Below, piece by piece: positions 60,201 to 64,000 of a stretch of 64,000 bases of DNA. The position numbers and the translations under genes are program-made. Numbering within the stretch: position 1 is the first letter of the stretch; every line of letters starts with the position of its first letter. The notes under the pieces were generated by a model. That model made no database searches and was not told the DNA's origin. It saw only the letters and a program-made list of their open reading frames with translations. The stretch lies in contig JAUYOL010000043.1 of NCBI GenBank assembly GCA_030695905.1, forward strand, positions 998-64,997, read 5' to 3'. The DNA comes from Candidatus Omnitrophota bacterium. Its GTDB lineage: Bacteria > Omnitrophota > Gorgyraeia > 2-01-FULL-45-10.

Positions 60201-61793
60201 GGCCGGATTCGTAACCTGTGCGAATAATTGCTTAAAATATGTATATAGAAGCTGCGGGCCTTTTGAAAGGATCGCGTGCGGCGTATCATTTCCCATGGAG
60301 CCGACCGGCTCCTGGCCGTTTTGCGCCATAGGCTTGATAATCACTTTTAAGTCTTCTCTTGAGTATCCAAACGCCTTCATTTGTGTCTGCAGATCTCCGA
60401 TTTTTTTGTTATTCTTTTTTGCCGGAAGTTTATCAAATTCAATTAGGCTGTTTTTTAGCCAGGTTTCATATGGTTGTCTGTCCGAGGCCTCTTTTTTTAT
60501 CTGAGAGTCATCTATTATTTTACCTATCTTCGTGTCTATATAAAACATCTTGCCCGGTTCCAGCCTGCCGGACGTCAGGATATCTTTGGCTGCTATATCG
60601 AGCACTCCGACCTCTGAAGCCATAACAACAAGGCCTTCTTTTGTGACAATGTAGCGCGCCGGCCTTAGACCGTTCCTGTCAAGTACGGCTCCTATGCTTA
60701 CGCCGTCGGTAAAAGCGATGGCCGCCGGACCATCCCATGGCTCCATAAGGCAGGCGTGATATTTGTAAAAATTTCTAAGCTTTCTATCCATGAGAGCGCT
60801 CTGCTCCCAGGCGTCCGGTATAAGCATCATCATCGCGTGATGTATAGGCCTTCCGGCGAGAACAAGCAGCTCGAACGCGTTATCTATTGCGGCGGAGTCG
60901 CTCCCGCCAGGTACTATTACGGGGAATACCTTCTTTATATCTTTGCCAAATAGGTCCGATTTTAACAGGCCTTCCCTGGCGCGCATCCAATTAATATTGC
61001 CCCTCAAAGTATTTATTTCGCCATTGTGAGCAAGAAATCTGAACGGCTGCGACAGGTCCCACGTGGGGAATGTGTTGGTGCTATAGCGTGAATGGACCAG
61101 GCATATGGAGCTTTTAACGTCTTTATCCTGCAGATCCGAAAAGAAGCCCTCCATCTGGTGAGGCATTAAAAGGCCTTTATAAGAAAAAGTCCTGCTCGAA
61201 AAATTCGTTATATAGAAGAAAGACCTCTGTTTGATGCAGGATTCCCGGATGGTATTCTCAATCTTTTTTCTCGTTATATACAGCGTTCTTTCAAAATCTA
61301 TGCCACAGGCCGGATTTGAATCCGCCCTCTTTATAAAAGGCTGCTCCATTACAGGCTGCGTATTTTTTGCTGTTATGCCTATATCAGAATTTTCCACAGG
61401 CACGCTTCTCCATCCAAGCAGCGTGAGTCCTTCCTTTTTTATGATCTGTGAGATGGCTTCTTTGCAGAATGTGCGGTCCTTTTCATCTGCCGGCAAAAAT
61501 ACCAAGCCTGTGCCGTATTCACCCTTGTCCGGCAAATCTATCTTTATCTTTTTGCATTCTTTAACAAAAAATTCATGCGGGATCTGTATTAGTATCCCGG
61601 CTCCATCTCCCGTTTTTGGGTCAGAGCCTGTCGCTCCACGGTGAGCCAATCGCCGCAAGACTTCGAGTCCTTGAGATACTATGCGGTTGGATGCTTTGCC
61701 CTTTACGTCACAGACGAACCCTACGCCGCACGAGTCATGCTCGAAAGCCGGGTCGTATAGCCCTTGTTTTTTTGGTAAATAGTGATATTCCAT
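57267..61793 (-). CDS. gltB: Glutamate synthase large subunit
   Basis: EHDSCGVGF, HSRYSTNT, EPWDGP, QGAKPGEGG, SPPPHHDIYSIEDL, GDHGCEYMTGG. Confidence 0.97.
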   Translation of the reverse strand: MEYHYLPKKQGLYDPAFEHDSCGVGFVCDVKGKASNRIVSQGLEVLRRLAHRGATGSDPKTGDGAGILIQIPHEFFVKECKKIKIDLPDKGEYGTGLVFLPADEKDRTFCKEAISQIIKKEGLTLLGWRSVPVENSDIGITAKNTQPVMEQPFIKRADSNPACGIDFERTLYITRKKIENTIRESCIKQRSFFYITNFSSRTFSYKGLLMPHQMEGFFSDLQDKDVKSSICLVHSRYSTNTFPTWDLSQPFRFLAHNGEINTLRGNINWMRAREGLLKSDLFGKDIKKVFPVIVPGGSDSAAIDNAFELLVLAGRPIHHAMMMLIPDAWEQSALMDRKLRNFYKYHACLMEPWDGPAAIAFTDGVSIGAVLDRNGLRPARYIVTKEGLVVMASEVGVLDIAAKDILTSGRLEPGKMFYIDTKIGKIIDDSQIKKEASDRQPYETWLKNSLIEFDKLPAKKNNKKIGDLQTQMKAFGYSREDLKVIIKPMAQNGQEPVGSMGNDTPHAILSKGPQLLYTYFKQLFAQVTNPAIDPIREELVMSLESYIGPEKNLLSESEKHCHKIRLKHPILTDDDLLKIQGIKLNNFKTKTISILFKASGEKELKKRLDVICKEVVSAIKNGYTFIVLSDRGVSKEFASIPALLATATVHHHLIRNALRTQIGIIVESAEPREVHHFALLFGYGADCINPYLVYEAVRQLIDEGELDISQKDGRYNYIKSVEKGILKVLSKMGISKLQSYRGAQIFEAMGLGNEVVDACFTGTVSRIGGIGFEIIAKEAILRHKDAFAKNTEEPYLKTGGLYQWKRDGEFHLWNPESISKLQDATWSNDYEKYKEFARSINDQSKNPCTLRSLLKFKDQNGIPIEEVEPIESIVRHFATGAMSFGSISKETHEAIAIAMNKLGGRSNTGEGGEDPARFTPLPNGDSARSSIKQVASGRFGVTANYLVNADELQIKISQGAKPGEGGQLPGHKVSATIAKIRYTTPGVTLISPPPHHDIYSIEDLAQLIFDLKNANPRARISVKLVSEIGVGTIAAGVAKGHADMILISGGDGGTGASPLSSIKHAGLPWELGLSETHQTLVLNDLRSRVRLQTDGQMRTGRDVAIAAILGAEEFGFCTAALIILGCVMLRHCHLNNCSVGVATQDDILRKRFKGKSEYLINYFKFVSQELREIMARLGVRTLEELTGRTDLLESDKSALPWKGKDIDFSKILFKPDVPQGVDIRCMKKQNHNIERVLDIKLIEMAKDALENKNTVNIKLSINNTNRTTGAMLSGEVCRRYGEEGLPENTINCKFNGIAGQSFGAFLAKGATFELEGMANDYVGKGISGGKIIIYPDNGATYKSEENIVIGNTTFYGAISGEAYIRGVSGERFCIRNSGLNAVVEGVGDHGCEYMTGGRVVILGRTGRNFAAGMSGGIAYVFDRDKSFKDKCNMSMVELEKLTTEDEEAIKHLLLNHTRYTKSHVAKKILDSFYKEKKYFVKIMPTEYKRILQARKAEEKMDLSEVSDG

Positions 61794-61855
61794 GTTTACA
61801 AATTCCGTTTATTAGAGTTTATTGCATAGAATTTAAGCGGGCAAAAAGAAAGCAA

Positions 61856-61904
61856 ATAGGCGCTCAACTTAGTTTAAGCAATTAAACCTAAATCGAACGC
61901 CTAT
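61856..61904 (-). terminator. Long hairpin with U-rich tail between glnA and gltB
   Basis: Minus strand ATAGGCGTTCGATTTAG...CTAAGTTGAGCGCCTAT pairs fully with G-U wobbles, followed by TTGCTTTCTTTTT. Confidence 0.6.
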
Positions 61905-61947
61905 AATACAATAATGCAAGTCAATTTGCAAGCTTTTTGATAGGCAT

Positions 61948-64000
61948 CTATTTTATAAAAAGCATCTCTCTGTATTTCGGCAGGTCCCAATGCTCGTCGG
62001 AAACTACGCATTCGAGCGCGTCAGCGTGCTTCCTTATATGTTCCATCAGAGGTTTTAGTTCTTCAAAATAAATCTTTGCCCTCTCTTCATGATGCAGTTT
62101 CTGTGCGCGATCCAGTAGATCTGTCATTTCGTGCAGATTGCGCCTTACATAGTAAATCTTCTGCGCGATCTCCGCCAAATGCTTCTTCTGGTCATCGAGG
62201 GTTCTTTTGTCTATTTTAACTCCGCCGGTTTTTGCCAAAATTACCAGCTTATTGAGATTGCCGGATAGTAATTTTTGATACTCATAACCGGCAGGCACAA
62301 CGCTTGCATTTACCATTTCGTTAAGTGTCTGAGCCTCGATCTCAATAGTTGTATTATAAGTATGTACCCAGATATGATAACGGGCGACGATCTCTTCTTT
62401 TGAGAATACTTTGTATTTTTCAAATAGCGCTATATTATTCTTGTCTATAAGCGCTTCGAGAGATTGATAGGTGGATGCCACATTGGGCAACCCTCTTTTT
62501 TTTGCTTCCTTAATCCACTCGGGCGCATAGTTATTACCTTCGAATCTGACATTCTTTGTTTCCTTGGCCAGCCTCGCTATTACTCGAAGAGTGGCTGTGC
62601 CGAAATCTTTTCCTTTGGACTCTTTCCTGATCTCGCCCGCAACATAGTCGAGGGAATCGGCGATTATCGTGTTGATAATAGCTATAGGAGTCGATATATT
62701 TTGCGAAGATCCGACAGCTCTGAATTCAAATTTATTTCCTGTGAACGCGAATGGTGATGTGCGGTTCCTGTCAGTCGTGTCTTTGTTAAACTGCGGAAGG
62801 CGCGCAATGCCAAGGTCTATTATATCTCGCTTGGAAATTTTATTTTTAACACCCTTCTCTATCATATCAAGGATGCCGGTCAGCTGTTCTCCCAGAAAAG
62901 CGCTTATAATGGCCGGTGGCGCTTCGTTAGCTCCAAGACGATGCTCATTGCCTGCCATCGCTACGCTTGCACGCAGCAGATCAGCATGTAGGTAGACAGC
63001 CCTTAAAACCGCTACGAGGACGGTCAGGAATTGTAGATTGTCTTCAGGTGTATCTCCCGGATTCAAAAGGTTATTTCCTTTATCATCAGCGAGCGACCAG
63101 TTGAGGTGCTTGCCGCTCCCATTTATTCCCGCGAATGGTTTTTCGTGGAGCAAGCATACCATGTTATGCCGTAACGCAACTTTTTTCATGAGTTCCATGA
63201 GAAGCTGATTGTGGTCAGCGGCTATGTTCGATTCTTCGAATATCGGAGCGAACTCATACTGATGAGGCGCGACTTCGTTATGCCTTGTCATTACCGGTAT
63301 GCCTAATTTATATGCTTCTTCAGCGACTTCAAACATGAAATTTACGACACGTTCTTTGATGGCGCCAAAATACTGGTCTTCAAGCTGCTGTCCCTTTGGC
63401 GAGGGGGCTCCTATCAGAGTCCTCCCCGTTAATAATAGATCCTGCCTCAAATTATAGTAGTTTTTATCTATAAGGAAATATTCCTGCTCCGGACCGCATG
63501 TGGACACCACTTTCTTCACATCTTTATGCCCGAAAAGTTTCAGAAGATTGACCGCTGCCTTGCTAAGCGCTTCATCAGATCGTAAAAGCGGCAGCTTCTT
63601 ATCAAGAGCTTCTCCGTGATAAGATATGAATATGGTAGGTATGCAGAGTGTGTTACCGAGCGTAGATTCTATTATGAAAGCCGGGCTCGAAGGATCCCAT
63701 GCGGTATAACCGCGCGCCTCGAATGTGGCGCGTATTCCGCCTGACGGAAAACTGCTTGCGTCCGGCTCGCCCTGGATTAATTTAGATCCGGAAAACTTCT
63801 CTATTACCTTACCCGGTTTCACAAAAGAGATAAAGCTGTCATGCTTTTCCGCCGTAAGTCCTGTCATGGGCTGGAACCAATGAGTATAATAGGTAGCGCC
63901 CTTTGCCATTGCCCATTCTTTCATGGCGTCAGCTATTTCATTTGCCTGCTCTAGAGTTATAGTTACGCCCTCGGACATCCAGCGCTTAAAGGCATCGAAT
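61948..64000 (-). CDS. glnA: Glutamine synthetase type III; 5'-truncated
   Basis: THWFQP, AEKHD, GEPDASSFP.GG.R.TFEARGY, RHNEVAP, HEKPFAGINGSGKH, DRNRTSPFAF; frame is open to the window end. Confidence 0.95.
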   Translation of the reverse strand, partial: FDAFKRWMSEGVTITLEQANEIADAMKEWAMAKGATYYTHWFQPMTGLTAEKHDSFISFVKPGKVIEKFSGSKLIQGEPDASSFPSGGIRATFEARGYTAWDPSSPAFIIESTLGNTLCIPTIFISYHGEALDKKLPLLRSDEALSKAAVNLLKLFGHKDVKKVVSTCGPEQEYFLIDKNYYNLRQDLLLTGRTLIGAPSPKGQQLEDQYFGAIKERVVNFMFEVAEEAYKLGIPVMTRHNEVAPHQYEFAPIFEESNIAADHNQLLMELMKKVALRHNMVCLLHEKPFAGINGSGKHLNWSLADDKGNNLLNPGDTPEDNLQFLTVLVAVLRAVYLHADLLRASVAMAGNEHRLGANEAPPAIISAFLGEQLTGILDMIEKGVKNKISKRDIIDLGIARLPQFNKDTTDRNRTSPFAFTGNKFEFRAVGSSQNISTPIAIINTIIADSLDYVAGEIRKESKGKDFGTATLRVIARLAKETKNVRFEGNNYAPEWIKEAKKRGLPNVASTYQSLEALIDKNNIALFEKYKVFSKEEIVARYHIWVHTYNTTIEIEAQTLNEMVNASVVPAGYEYQKLLSGNLNKLVILAKTGGVKIDKRTLDDQKKHLAEIAQKIYYVRRNLHEMTDLLDRAQKLHHEERAKIYFEELKPLMEHIRKHADALECVVSDEHWDLPKYREMLFIK

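Noticed and set aside
1-64000. CRISPR array, rRNA/tRNA, prophage or defence system
   Set aside because: No regularly spaced repeats, structural RNA signatures or phage/defence protein motifs recognised by eye

Overview
Bacterial chromosomal window, roughly 42% GC, densely coding, with no rRNA, tRNA, CRISPR or transposase recognised. Gene content suggests a diderm, possibly Ca. Omnitrophota/PVC; this is an inference only. 1-19.8 kb (+): the end of an exopolysaccharide locus (O-antigen-ligase-like protein, acetyltransferase, two double-GT4 fusions, heparinase II/III-like lyase, two polysaccharide deacetylases, GT2, exosortase EpsH and EpsI). It is followed by a sigma-54 promoter driving a small ORF, a priming sugar transferase that itself carries an N-proximal PEP-CTERM sorting signal, and two PEP-CTERM proteins. 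Next comes a degenerate signalling trio: a His-less stand-alone HisKA, a sigma-54 activator with an atypical receiver, and an output-less PocR-GAF sensor. 19.8-24 kb: PilV/W/X-like minor pilins, a DUF134 regulator, an unannotated micro-lipoprotein and an RluB-like synthase. 24-34.5 kb (-): phosphate cluster (phoB, phoR, PHO-box barrel gene, pstSCAB1B2, phoU, dedA, DUF47, pit). 34.6-40.5 kb: glgC, TIGR01212 radical SAM, mnmG, a candidate sRNA, LOG and a ParA-CBM48 fusion. 40.6-64 kb (-): glnA type III (truncated), gltBD, pyrG, carA, a carB split by three envelope genes, purF, guaA, purL and purQ. The strongest novelty candidates are the PEP-CTERM/priming transferase fusion with its regulatory context, the ParA-glycogen-binding fusion, and the complementary degeneration of the two PstB ATPases. 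All family calls come from motif recognition by eye; no searches were run.
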